From the NCBI GenBank assembly GCA_012295275.1, contig CM022670.1:32860001-32924000 (forward strand): a stretch of 64,000 nt of DNA. Direction: 5' to 3'. The notes under the pieces are model-generated. The model made no database searches, was not told the origin of the DNA, and saw nothing but the letters and a program-made list of their open reading frames with translations. Shown here piece after piece: positions 52,401 to 64,000 of this stretch (its first letter is position 1; each line of letters begins with the position of its first letter). Position numbers and translations under genes: made by a program. Source of the stretch: Chrysomallon squamiferum. Lineage: Eukaryota > Animalia > Mollusca.

Positions 52401-52526
52401 ATCTTTCTAACCAACAAAAAAGTAACAAATTAAATTTTCAAAACTTAAAATAAAATAGTACTTACCTAATACGCTTTGAGAAAAGCGTAACAACAAATAA
52501 AATAACTGTAGAATAATCGTATTCAT
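48422..52526 (-). CDS. Secreted C-type lectin-like domain + C-terminal PAN/Apple-like domain protein, 240 aa, 5 exons
   Basis: Exons 52526-52466, 51265-51084, 49832-49721, 49184-49080 and 48684-48422 splice in frame (723 nt). Signal peptide MNTIILQLFYLLLRFSQSVL; CTLD CDNGWNAFGDHCYYF...CESKSAHLASI...AWLGL...FAWLD...CGAL...DC...FVCKK; PAN-like SETSCAYLCFNMADCKGF...C. Confidence 0.85.
48975..49063. repeat. (GA)n microsatellite in lectin-gene intron 4
   Basis: Direct reading. Confidence 0.95.
50075..50677 (-). repeat. ~600 bp dispersed repeat, copy 2 (inverted relative to 17231-17830), in lectin-gene intron 2
   Basis: See copy 1. Confidence 0.9.
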
Positions 52527-55063
52527 ATCTGGTAGATTAGAGTTTCCCCTGAAGACGTTGCCTTACACACTTGGTCCAAGTCGCGGGGGCTTTTTATTAG
52601 CTTCAAGTCTGACAAGCTAAGACACACAAATCAATACTTTCCGGTACCGATAACCGCGAGGCAAGATTCCAAAACCTTCTACCAATAATCACGTTTTCTC
52701 TTCGATTCTGCATCAAATGACATAAAGTTCATAATAGGGTCACACCACAGAGCAAAAGTAGTAAAAAATGTCTTTGTTTTCGTCTTTATTTCATTATATT
52801 ATATTTTCGTCTTTATTTCATTATATTAAATTTTTAATCTCCTTTAAATACTATTTAAATCGACTGAAGAATAAATCTAGGTATTTCGTTTCCACAAATA
52901 ATTTATCCTTTTTTCTTTTACTCTCTTTTCATATTTCCTTTTCTTTTATTTTCTTTTCTTTTTTTCTTTTTTTTATGTTAGGGGAAACAAAAATGATTAG
53001 TTGCAGAAAAGAAACCTAAAATATTCACTGCATGATTACTTTCATGGTTAATAAATTCATTCTTTCGTCTCGTAATTATTAAACTGTAAAATATTATCAT
53101 TTAATAATATTTATTGCTTTTCTTTCTTCTTTTTCTTTTTTTTTTTTTCTTCCTTTTTTTTTCTTCTTTTTTTTTTTTTTACAGAAAACAATTCTTAATA
53201 TCATGAAAAATATTACTCATTTAAAATGAAAATAAGTAATAGCAATACTTATCAAATTGTTCTTTTTTTCTTTCTGTTTTATTGTACCCATAAATTAATC
53301 TAATTAAATAAATGGGGGAAAAAATGTAAAACAATACGAATATAAAACTATTCTTTAAATTAGATGGTGTATTTTAAATGGTAATTTAGAACAAAATAAA
53401 TATATTTTGTTTTCATCAAGCTGTATCGCTTTATTTAAATACTTTATGTTGGCCTCTTCATATTCAAGTGAACATATGTGAGAAATATTCCAATATAACT
53501 TAGGACAGAATTAATATATCAGTGAATTAATAGGAAATATCTATCTTAAATTTTGTCATTTAGTTAAAATTAATTTTGGAATGCGATCACAAAAAACACC
53601 AGAAATAGATTTATATAAAGTCACTATTTCGCGGTGTAGATACGAGTTAGTGTTTTTAATAGCTTCCTATATATCTGAAATATCAAAGGTTATTTTTAGT
53701 CTAGAGATAGAAAATAAAGTCTTAGCTTATTCCACAAGCATGATTATAAAAGTAAATGTATTGATCAGCGAGTCCAACGTACAGAAACGGTTACAAATTA
53801 AATAGATGTATTGCAGGGACTCGTCTTACTTCAGTCACACAAATCTCTACACAGTCTTTGGTCAATTACAATGGTTCAGTGATTGGTTCAAGAAACAGCC
53901 GCATCGACCGAACAGGATGGCCTGACAAGGAAAATACACATCTGGAAACAGGATAGTTGGAAGCAAACTACAGTAAATTCAGTTAGACGTTAAATTGCTG
54001 TTTATAACAACAAATAAACCTAGAGACAGATTAATGATGCTCAGTTCGTGGCCGACATAAATTCAACTGAAGTTGATATGTGGTGCTCTGAATAAACGCT
54101 TTTTTGTTTTGTTTTTTGTAAAGAAACATTCAATGGATTTATTAAATTCAGTTACACACGTCTGCCTCGTAACAACAATATTCTTCAAAATGGAATGTTT
54201 ACGTATATGTACTTGTGAATCGTTCTTCTATTCTGTCGCACAAATTGATGAATTGCTTTGTGGGTTTGTTATACAATTATCCTGACATAATTAAAGTAAA
54301 TAGTTTCTAATTAATGAAATGTTTAAGGAAAATATAATGTTAATTGCACCCCATGAGATACCGACATTGATTTTCTTACAGAATGTCGCGAAAACTTCCT
54401 ACTGAAATTTAAAATGGAATTATTATTAATAATAATAAAACGCATAATTCTGATCTGATAAAATATTTACGTTAAACATTTTAATTTGTAAATAAATGCT
54501 ACCGTGGAAGGCACTTAATCATAAACAGAAAGGCTTGTCAAGTGTTAATCAATAAACTGAATATAGAATAGTAATAAACATATTTAAAATACGAGCAGTG
54601 AACACATAAATTGTAATTACCCATTTATCTCTTCATCTAATAAGGCTAGATGATTCGAGGGAAAAACTGTTATTTTACCACGTGCATTTTACAATCGGTA
54701 TTCTTCAAAACTGCATTACAACTGCAAGAGAAAATGGTAATGCCCCGAGAAAGATAAATGATGCATAAAACTGGAAAGACATTTTTTCTTGGATAATAAA
54801 AGAGATGAGAAATATCAGTTTGGTTATCAACAAATGCTTTAAACAAAATTTTGAAAAAAATTTGAATTATATACTGAGAAAAAAAGAGGAAACTTCAATA
54901 TCGCTGGCATTACTGAACCATCATTGTAGCAAGTTAATATTTTCAGAAAGCCAGAAGATCGTGGAAGTGATACTAAATTTTGCATTTTTGCCATATTTCA
55001 AATACATTACTCTAAAATGAGAAATCAAGGAAATGTATGTGCAGTATTGATATCTTTGGCTGA

Positions 55064-55165
<102 letters not shown>

Positions 55166-55273
55166 ATTAAAATAAAAAACATAAAATAAAATAAAATTAA
55201 AAACGGGTTCATGATCCGGGTCTAAAATTCCATTCTTCGTTTATAATTTAACAAAAAATAAAGTCTAAAATCG

Positions 55274-55315
<42 letters not shown>

Positions 55316-55719
55316 GTTATTAATTAATTAATTAATTAATTAATTAATTTAAATATCAGATAAATTAAACAATGAACAAATGTTCATAAACACTTTTATT
55401 TCATATAATTAAAATACAGCGTCATTGTCCAATGAATCATGCCCAGCACTGAAGTTGATTGGTAAATATTGCACGATAATCACAGTTTGACGTATTAGTT
55501 TTATAAATACATTATGTATATTTTATATAAAACATTATTTTAAAAATCTTTAAAAAAGTAATTATCTTTTGTACAATGAATAAAGTCATCATATATTAAC
55601 TTGGATAAAAATAATCTAGATAGTTTAATCAGTTCTGAAATAGAATTCCGATTATGAAATAAATCTTGTATAAAAGGTGTAGAATGTAATGTGGTTTGTT
55701 AAAACTGTAACAAAGGGTT

Positions 55720-55853
55720 TTATTGTACTTTGTTGGCGAGCTTTTCTTTAAGTTCAGAAGGTTTGAACACCCCAAATTCTGTGACAATACCGCCTGTTAT
55801 AAGGCTTGCGGGAGTGACGTCAAAGGCAGGATTCCAGCAGTTAATGCCTATAA

Positions 55854-55884
<31 letters not shown>

Positions 55885-57878
55885 ATTTACATATAACTAT
55901 TAATATATGAAACGGTTGCATGGCTTAAATGATTACCTAAATGTTTAAAACGATTAATTATTAGATTTGTGAGTTACTATCTCATACCTTGAGCAGCAAT
56001 TCGGACTCCTTTTATTTCAGTCATCTCTTTGTGTGGACGCTGTTCTATGACTATTTCCTTTCCACTCTCCATATTAGGATCATACGACGACAATGGACAG
56101 GCCACATAGAAAGGCACACCGTGGTGCTTGGCAACAATAGCTAACTGGTAGGTACCCACTTTGTTAGCCGTGTCCCCATTGGCCACAACACGGTCCGCGC
56201 CAACCAGAACCGCCGATATATTGCGTTGGCTCATTAAAATGGCTGCGTGACTGTCACATATGAGAGTTGCGGGAATGTTTTCATGAACGAGTTCATATGC
56301 TGTTAATCTTGAGCCTTGATTGTAGGGTCTAGTTTCAGTACAGAAGGCGTGCTTGATTTTGGTTTTTTCATGTAGTGCTCGGATTATACCTTAATGATAC
56401 AAATTATAGAAAACGTTCGTAATTTACAATAATTATTATTTTGAATAAGGAACATTAGTAGATAACAAATTACAAACATTATCCAAAAAATAATCTATGA
56501 CATTACTCATAAAACACGTAGTATTCAAACATTCAAACATTTGTTTTTTTTGTTTTAAAAACAACAACAACAACAAAACCTTTTGTTTAACGTTTTACCT
56601 AAGGCGGTACCATATCCTGCGGTTGCGAGTGAGCCCGTGTTGCAGTGTGTTAAAACTTCCACAGGCTGGTCATTGTTTTTTCTCAGAATATCTTCAGCAC
56701 CGTGCCGACCCATGGCCTTGTTAACACTGATGTCTTTTTGTAACATTTCTTCTATCTCTGAAATTATTCTGAAATAATAATAATAATAATAATAATGATA
56801 ATAATAATAATGATGATGATGATGGTGATGATGAAAATCAAGATGATGTTTATGATGATTATATATATATATATATAAATATAATTTCTGTTTATTATTA
56901 TTATTATTTTTTTCTACCGTAATATAAACAAAACATTAAACAAAGCTAACAGATTCACGAAATGTCGTTATAAACCATTGCTTAATTTGTTTTTACTTTT
57001 CTTTCATAGTGGCCACTGTGACGTTTTGGGCCACCAGCTCCTCAGCAAATGCTGATAACGTCTTAGCAGCATTCTGCATATTTACAGCTGTTGGTCTTGC
57101 CGTTACTAAATATTCAAGCTGTTTTTTGATGAATGACGCCATTTCCTGCTGGGTCTCGAACTCCTTGTTCAGCAACTCAACGGCCAAACTTAAACATCCG
57201 ACAATAGCCAAAGCTGGGGCACCACGTACCTTAAAACATATAACAGAAGAAATATACATTTGCCGTCTCTGCCAAAACTCAAACCTATGAAGAGAAAATC
57301 CATGTGGATAAAAAAGGAAATGGACTCTCTTGATCAGCTCTAAAATATTTTTCCCTGAACGACAATTTTAGATGTATTATTAAAGGGCGAAAAGAAAGTC
57401 TAAAACAAATTTTGATGACTGTTATCGTCGTCACTGTCGTTATTAATATTATATTTTTAACTTACAGTACAAATTCAGAGGTGAAATAATAATTTTCAGT
57501 CACACAAGAATTCGAAGAAAAACTAAATTTTTCATGACAGTTTATAAAAGAATCGATTGTTTTCGTCACCAGCACGAGTTGGTTGATATCAAAAGAATAA
57601 CAGTGCATCAATACATAGGTTTTAGGTACAGATTTTATTGAACAAGGTGAATATATTCTAATATGTATAATTATATTTCAAAATATGATGTCCCTAATGG
57701 TATACAGTATGACAGAGGCCGGAATATTTCATAAATAACAATTAACCTGCATCTTCTTAATAATTTCCCATCCATCTTGTGTATTCTTTGCGTCAATGTA
57801 TTCCGTACGATCTGGCAATAATAACTGATCTAAAACCTGCAACTGTCCTCGACTATATTTTATAGCTTCTAAACTCAT
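55720..57878 (-). CDS. MRI1: Methylthioribose-1-phosphate isomerase (methionine salvage), 5 coding exons
   Basis: Exons 57878-57747, 57229-56997, 56768-56599, 56389-55988, 55847-55720. Motifs [89 protein letters not shown]. Confidence 0.97.
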
Positions 57879-58002
57879 GTTTGCTATACACCGGAAACTG
57901 GGGCTAAATAAGTATGGAAGACCATTTGGGTATTAAAAGATGTGTTCAACGCGACGTACACGCAAGGGGCGGACTTGTTTTATTATTATTGTTATTGTTA
58001 TT

Positions 58003-58058
<56 letters not shown>

Positions 58059-58877
58059 TCTACTAGTGAATGAATCAGTTCATGATAACGATATACATAT
58101 AAATTAATGATATTAAATGATCTCATGTATATTAGCTAAGTTATGTAAAAGAAACCCATATTTCTCAGTAAAGTTATAAAACATTATTATTATTATTATT
58201 ATTATTATTGTTGTTGTTGTGTTGTTGTTGTTGTTATTATTATTATTATCGTTATTGCCCTATGTACGATATCTATTATATCACACGATCAGTAATTCCC
58301 ATAAAATAAGGCTAATAATATAACAACAACAACAATAATAATGTTAATTTTGATGATGATGATGATGATATTGATGATAATAAGAAGGAATGATATCAAC
58401 AACAACAACAAGCACCACCACGAAATAATAATATTAAAACTACTATTAAAAATAATTATAATTTAAAAAAGTAATAATTTTAATGATAATGATGATAGTA
58501 ATAATAACAATGTCAATGTTGATGATGATGATATTGATGATAATAAGAAGGATGATATTGACAATAATAATGATTATAATTTAAAATGAGTCTAAAACAG
58601 CGTGGATAGTTAATTGAGATATATACTGTCATGTTTGTAGCCTTAATGCTCGTTTAATAATAAATATTTTAACATATATTTCCATTCCTACATTATTACT
58701 GCAGATGTTCATATATTTATAAATAGTTAACTGAGTTCCTGATATCTTTATAAATTAAATGATTAAAATTGCATCATCATTACACTATTAAATACGGCCA
58801 TCGAAGGTGCGCCAGTATTAGGTGTGAAATACAACATACTGAATAATTTCTCGTTGGATTCTGGGTAAGAACATGTG

Positions 58878-58888
58878 CTTCCTTTTTC
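58878..58888 (+). promoter_or_regulatory. TCT/5'-TOP polypyrimidine initiator of RPS21
   Basis: cttcctttttc followed by a short non-coding exon ending AAG|gtgttt (58910/58911). Typical of ribosomal protein genes. Confidence 0.7.
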
Positions 58889-59533
58889 GAAAATCCTTTT
58901 AGAAGAGAAGGTGTTTGTATTTATTTTTCTGAATTATCAAATGAAAATATATACACCAAGGCTTATTCTTTGTATTTTAATACATATAATAATCTAAATG
59001 TTTTTCAAAATGTGAAAGTAGAATTCAGTTGTTTCAGATTTCAAGTTAAATATACATTTCTGATTAGAATCTACCGCAGCCACAGAGTGACTGTCATCAT
59101 TGATCATATGATATTCACTGTTACTCTAAAACTCACAGATTTTATATAATTGTGTAGTTAAAATATTCAGCAGTTACCATTTATTCTGACTGGTTTCAAG
59201 CGAAAATGTTAAATTATAAGTATCTGATTCTGAATGACAGTGCATCTTACTACCATCATCATCATGATGATGTACCAACTAATGAACTATTAATGTATCA
59301 TTCGATTCATTGTCATTTGTATGTGTATTAAAATTCAAAATTTATTTATATTTGCTGATTTCTCCTTGACACACCATTTTCATGACTTTCTGCCCTTTTA
59401 ATTTTTTTGGTTATAAGAATAATCAAAATTTTTTTAGAGGGAATTATATGAATCAAATTTAAGACTGAGTAACTGACATTTTAAATGGATCATGTTTCAA
59501 TATTTTAACCCAGGTTTCACTAACAGTCTCAAA

Positions 59534-61214
59534 ATGCAGAACGAAGCTGGAGAATTTGTTGATATGTACATCCCACGAAAATGGTAATTTCAGTACTTAT
59601 AGTAGGAATATAAACATGTGTTTACAATCACTGATAAAATGAAACAATCCATTTTTTTATTATTATTATTTTTTTTTTTTTCTCTGATGACAACACTTCA
59701 GATGCCTTATTAGTAGTTATGCAGTGAACATATACCCTGTTTTGATATTAAACTGTAAATTAAAATTTTTATAAATATTAATCAATTAGTATGATCTGGC
59801 AATTGAATGATTACCATCAGATAATGAATATTGCAGGATACATTTAAGCCTAAGATTTATTATCTTAATTACAAAAGAAAACAAGATGTTGCACCAATTA
59901 TAAATCTAAAGGGGAATGAAATTAACAATTTTCATTAATATTACATTGTTTTTGTTTTAATATAAACATATATGATTTTTTTAATCTTTCAGCTCAGCAA
60001 GCAACAGGATCATTGCAGCCAAGGATCATGCTTCTATTCAGATTAATCTTGCCAATGTATGTATAATTTGTTGGCTTATAATTTACATTTAGTAATATAA
60101 TTTCTGTTTTATCCAATAATAATCGGATAGATTTTAAACTCTTTTTTTTGTCATTACCATGTTAATACACATTTGATGTTTAGGTGTGTTTATATATATA
60201 TATATTGTTTTGGGATTGATTATATTCTTGATATGATTGCCATTATAATTTTCAGGTAGATGAGACAACTGGCAGGATGACTGGTTCTAACACAACATAC
60301 GCTATCTGTGGAGCAATCAGAAGGATGGTATGTTCACAAGAATTACATTTCATCTTTTTTAATGACAGCTGTATAGCCTAAATGTAGAGTATTTCAACTG
60401 AAGTTTAGATATTTACCATGAGATGGTTAAACTGACAGCAGTGTAATGTCTTTGTCCTTACTAAGTGTCATAATTCACATACAGGTGTGTATAATTCATG
60501 AAAATCTTTGAAGTCTGTAAGGTCTTATTTTTAAAAAAAAAATTGTTCTAAAGTTGAATTTTAAAATTAATGATAGAATTACAAAGAAAAGGTTTAATTC
60601 TTGAAAATACCTTCAGACAATCATTGGTTGCTAAAATGTATGGAATCTAAGATGCTTTAAAATAAAAATATATATAAACAAGATCAGTTTAATTGCTGAT
60701 TATTGAAACATAAGTACATTTTTATAAATTTAATATCCAGCCTTCTATTTAATGTTATATATTCATTTTTTTCATCATTCAAGGGTGAATCAGACGACTG
60801 TATCAACAGGTTGGCCAAACGTGATGGTATTCTCCCAAAGTATGTAATTTCTTTCTCTCTAGTAAAGTAATTATTAAGAAATCAAATGTTTCCCTTTCTC
60901 AGGAATACAAACCTTGTAATGTAGATGATAATCTGGTATTCGTAAACTGTGAAAATTAAATTAAAATGAAAAAAATTCATAAATAATTCTTTTGAAAATT
61001 GTATTCAGTTTTGATCTTGGTTATTCCAGTACTTATATCCTGGTCTTCCTTATTTACAGATACAATTTTTAATAATCAAATATGACCAGTATGATACTAA
61101 CATCCATTAAAACAATTAGCATATTCTGAGTATGTTTCATTTTATGATATTTCTTCCTGTTTCAGTGCTTTTTAAAACTTTTTCTGTATTTTTTTTATTT
61201 TCAGGAATTTCTGA
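59534..61214 (+). CDS. RPS21: 40S ribosomal protein S21 (eS21), 83 aa
   Basis: Exons 59534-59583, 59993-60056, 60256-60327, 60784-60839 and 61205-61214 give [89 protein letters not shown] near 61258. Missed by the ORF track because the exons are short. Confidence 0.97.
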
Positions 61215-64000
61215 ACACTGGTATGAAAAATAGAGGACATTTCATGTGATTCAGTATAATAAAGTTATCTGAGGCTTTTCAGAATTTTGTATTTTCTTAA
61301 CACATGATAAACAAGTTTAAGAAGGAACTAGCTTGCTTTTGAACATTTACAAGGTTGAAAACAAAGTAAAATTAGGTTTAACTATAAAGCAAAAACACTT
61401 TTCAGTTCATATATCGTATATTGATCTGTATAATGAATAGATTAATGAGATTCACAGAAAATATTCAAATTGTTCAGATTATGGTTCACTGTACACTTAA
61501 TACTCTTTTTTCATCTAACTTTGACATTGCAGTATTTTATATTTTCTGGTTTGGAAGTATATTTTCGCATTGATTAAATTATTTGGGTTCTTTTAGAGCT
61601 AAATAAAAACTGATTTAGGAGATATGGTTTTGACACTTTCTACTCAAGAATTGTTTTTGTTTAAAATTTCTAAACTTGACATCTTTGATTTGGCAGTGCT
61701 TTGATTAATGATGGATAAGCATTGGTTTTAAAAGTGAAACAAAAATAATGAAGTAACATTTAAAAAAAATCTGTTTTATTTATTTTATTATGTTTATTTA
61801 TTTTATTTTTCTGTGTTTTATATGGCAAATCGAAGGGAGGCAATCTTTCTCTATGTGGACATTTGATTCTCATTGTTATTTCCCCTTTTCCATGTGACAT
61901 TTGAAAAATTGAAACCCAATCTTTTCGTACTTTTAAGAAGAAATTTTTACTTGATTATTTGCAAATGTCTGATGAATACAAATAATTTAAAAAAATTATA
62001 TTATTTTTTTATAAATGAAAGCAGGCTATAGTTAATGAGAAGAAAAATATTTTATTTGAAAATGTAAAGGAAAATAAGTACACTCAATGTCTTTTTTATT
62101 TTACCCTAAAATCTATCCTTTATTACGATGTAGAATTTTATTATATATTTATGGTAATATAACATTGTTTTAAAAGTTGTTATTTTCTGTGTGAAATTAA
62201 TGGCTGAAAACCAAACAAACTTTTATTAAATAATAATAACAATAAATAATCAGAGCTTTCTGTCATGAAGAGTACAGATCACTGACTAAAACTAAATGAT
62301 TTCCTGTTATTCAGAAGCAGTTTCCAAACTGCGAACAATCGTAAGCTTAACTACATGACATCGTTTTTAAAACTTACACGTAACTGTAGTCATTTGCAAT
62401 ACCTTTATTGTTGTCACCATACAATGTCATTCTGGATTCAGAATACATATTAAATAGCTGAGTTTACAGGAAAAACAAATTTGTTTTGCTCCTTCTGAAT
62501 GGAAACCCTGAAGCTTACACGTTATTAGTCTATTATTATTTCTTTCTTTCTCAATATTATTTTAACTCCCCCTTCATTTCATCGCCCTTAGGAGGAGATC
62601 GTGATTAGAATGGAGACAAAGGGAAATCAAATCTAAGACAGTTTTCACCAAAACAATGAACTTTTCCATTAGTTTCTACAGCATCAGAATTTATCACTAA
62701 TATTTAAATATTAAAGTCAGTGAAATAAAAATCAGAAATAGTTTTATTATAACGAAGAGAAGAAGGTTGAAATCCGCTGCTTTAAGCCAGGTTTTTTATG
62801 CGATAAGGAATGTATCATGTTCTTTGATATATACCTATCTAACATATATACAATTCATTGTGAACTGGTTGGAACGAGGAACTTGAACATGAAACGTACA
62901 GAGGAGGACTGAACCATCGATTTATCACAGCTAACACAACCAAAACGAACATGAATAGACGAGTGTTCAATGACCCGTCTGTTAATATTCAGAATAACAC
63001 GAATAACATGCATACGAAATGTCGTTACTAAAATTATAAATTTTAAACGAATCATTATTAGTTTTATGGCGTTCCTTCGAGTAAAAGTGCAGTAGCAGGT
63101 TACATAATTTAGTAACAAACAGCTGCAATCATGACCTCGATAGCAAGCACGAGTACATTGCTAATTCGTTTATGAGGGGTTTATTCGGACAATGAATTTA
63201 TGCATGAAGTGTATCTTCACTCATTAAGTGGATATATTTCCACCAAATTGCCTAATTTATTGATTTCCACTACCAGGATAATAATTTTTGTCTGCGGAGG
63301 TTGTAGTGTGTATAATATTAATATAATGAACGTGCCATTTGCAAATCCTAACATTGCTTATTGCGCATAGTCGTCAGTTAATTGTACTTTATTCCCTACC
63401 TAATATTACATTTTATGCCCAATAAAGAATACATTTGAAAAATGTTTAATTTTGATTACTTAAGATTTGTATTTAAAATTAACAGACGGTCTGTAGACAT
63501 TTGTTTAAAATTAAAGAGTGAAACACAGATTGGATAAATCTTAGATTCTCCAGACACCTATGCTATTTTCCATATCGTAGTACACTTCTACCACGTTCCA
63601 TAATAATTATAACTCCATACATCCATCGGTTCGATTTGTCTGTCGGCACCAAAATCGACAATGAATTCATATTTTACTACTTTTCATTATCATCATAATT
63701 ATTATTATTTTAGATAGTGAAATCTGAAGTAAAGCAAAACCATTCATAAATATTTAAAATCGTCAGTGTGAGTATTACTTTCAAATCATTAAAACAAAGT
63801 ATAAGCTGGAACTTTATAATCATACAGAATAATATGAGGATAAAATCTCTTTATACAAATGTATTCTTCTTGTTGACGAAGTGGGCAGCACTTTTCATAA
63901 TGTTTGATGGATGAATCAGTCTCCTGTGTGTTGTGGTATGTTGCAGTATTGTTATGCGAGTACCACGGAGATTATCGAAATAGTTGTGACACATCGGGGA

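Noticed and set aside
59264-59358. C box (ATGATGA) and D box (CTGA) in RPS21 intron 1
   Set aside because: The C box is part of a (CAT)n/(ATG)n microsatellite; no terminal stem or recognisable rRNA guide.
59790-60485. Hairpin + ACA motifs in RPS21 introns 2 and 4
   Set aside because: No convincing paired hairpin with a correctly placed H box.
62855-63180. GC-richer segment with an 87-aa minus-strand ORF
   Set aside because: No recognisable domain or consistent splice structure.

Overview
AT-rich, microsatellite-rich eukaryotic (animal) genomic DNA with GT-AG spliceosomal introns; probably a marine invertebrate such as a mollusc (inference, not provable here). Left to right: multi-exon NAGLU (- strand, 3' end off-window); three intronless Tctex-1-domain dynein light chain paralogs (one frameshifted); a two-coding-exon C2H2 zinc-finger gene; four tandem LRRC71 paralogs with intronless coding regions, with a decayed Penelope-like retroelement before copy 2; a secreted C-type-lectin + PAN/Apple-like gene (-); MRI1 (-); and RPS21 (+), head-to-head with MRI1. 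The most striking feature is a ~30 kb block of seven intronless cilia/flagella-type genes from two unrelated families. Every LRRC71 copy has a CRE-type TGACGT(A/C)A motif upstream, the Tctex N-termini carry PKA-consensus sites, and the intervening zinc-finger protein has TQT (LC8-type) motifs. This suggests a cAMP-linked sperm-flagellar gene cluster (hypothesis). RPS21 also has tandem alternative last-exon acceptors that each give a different short C-terminus. All gene models were built by hand; family assignments are from recalled motifs, not database searches.
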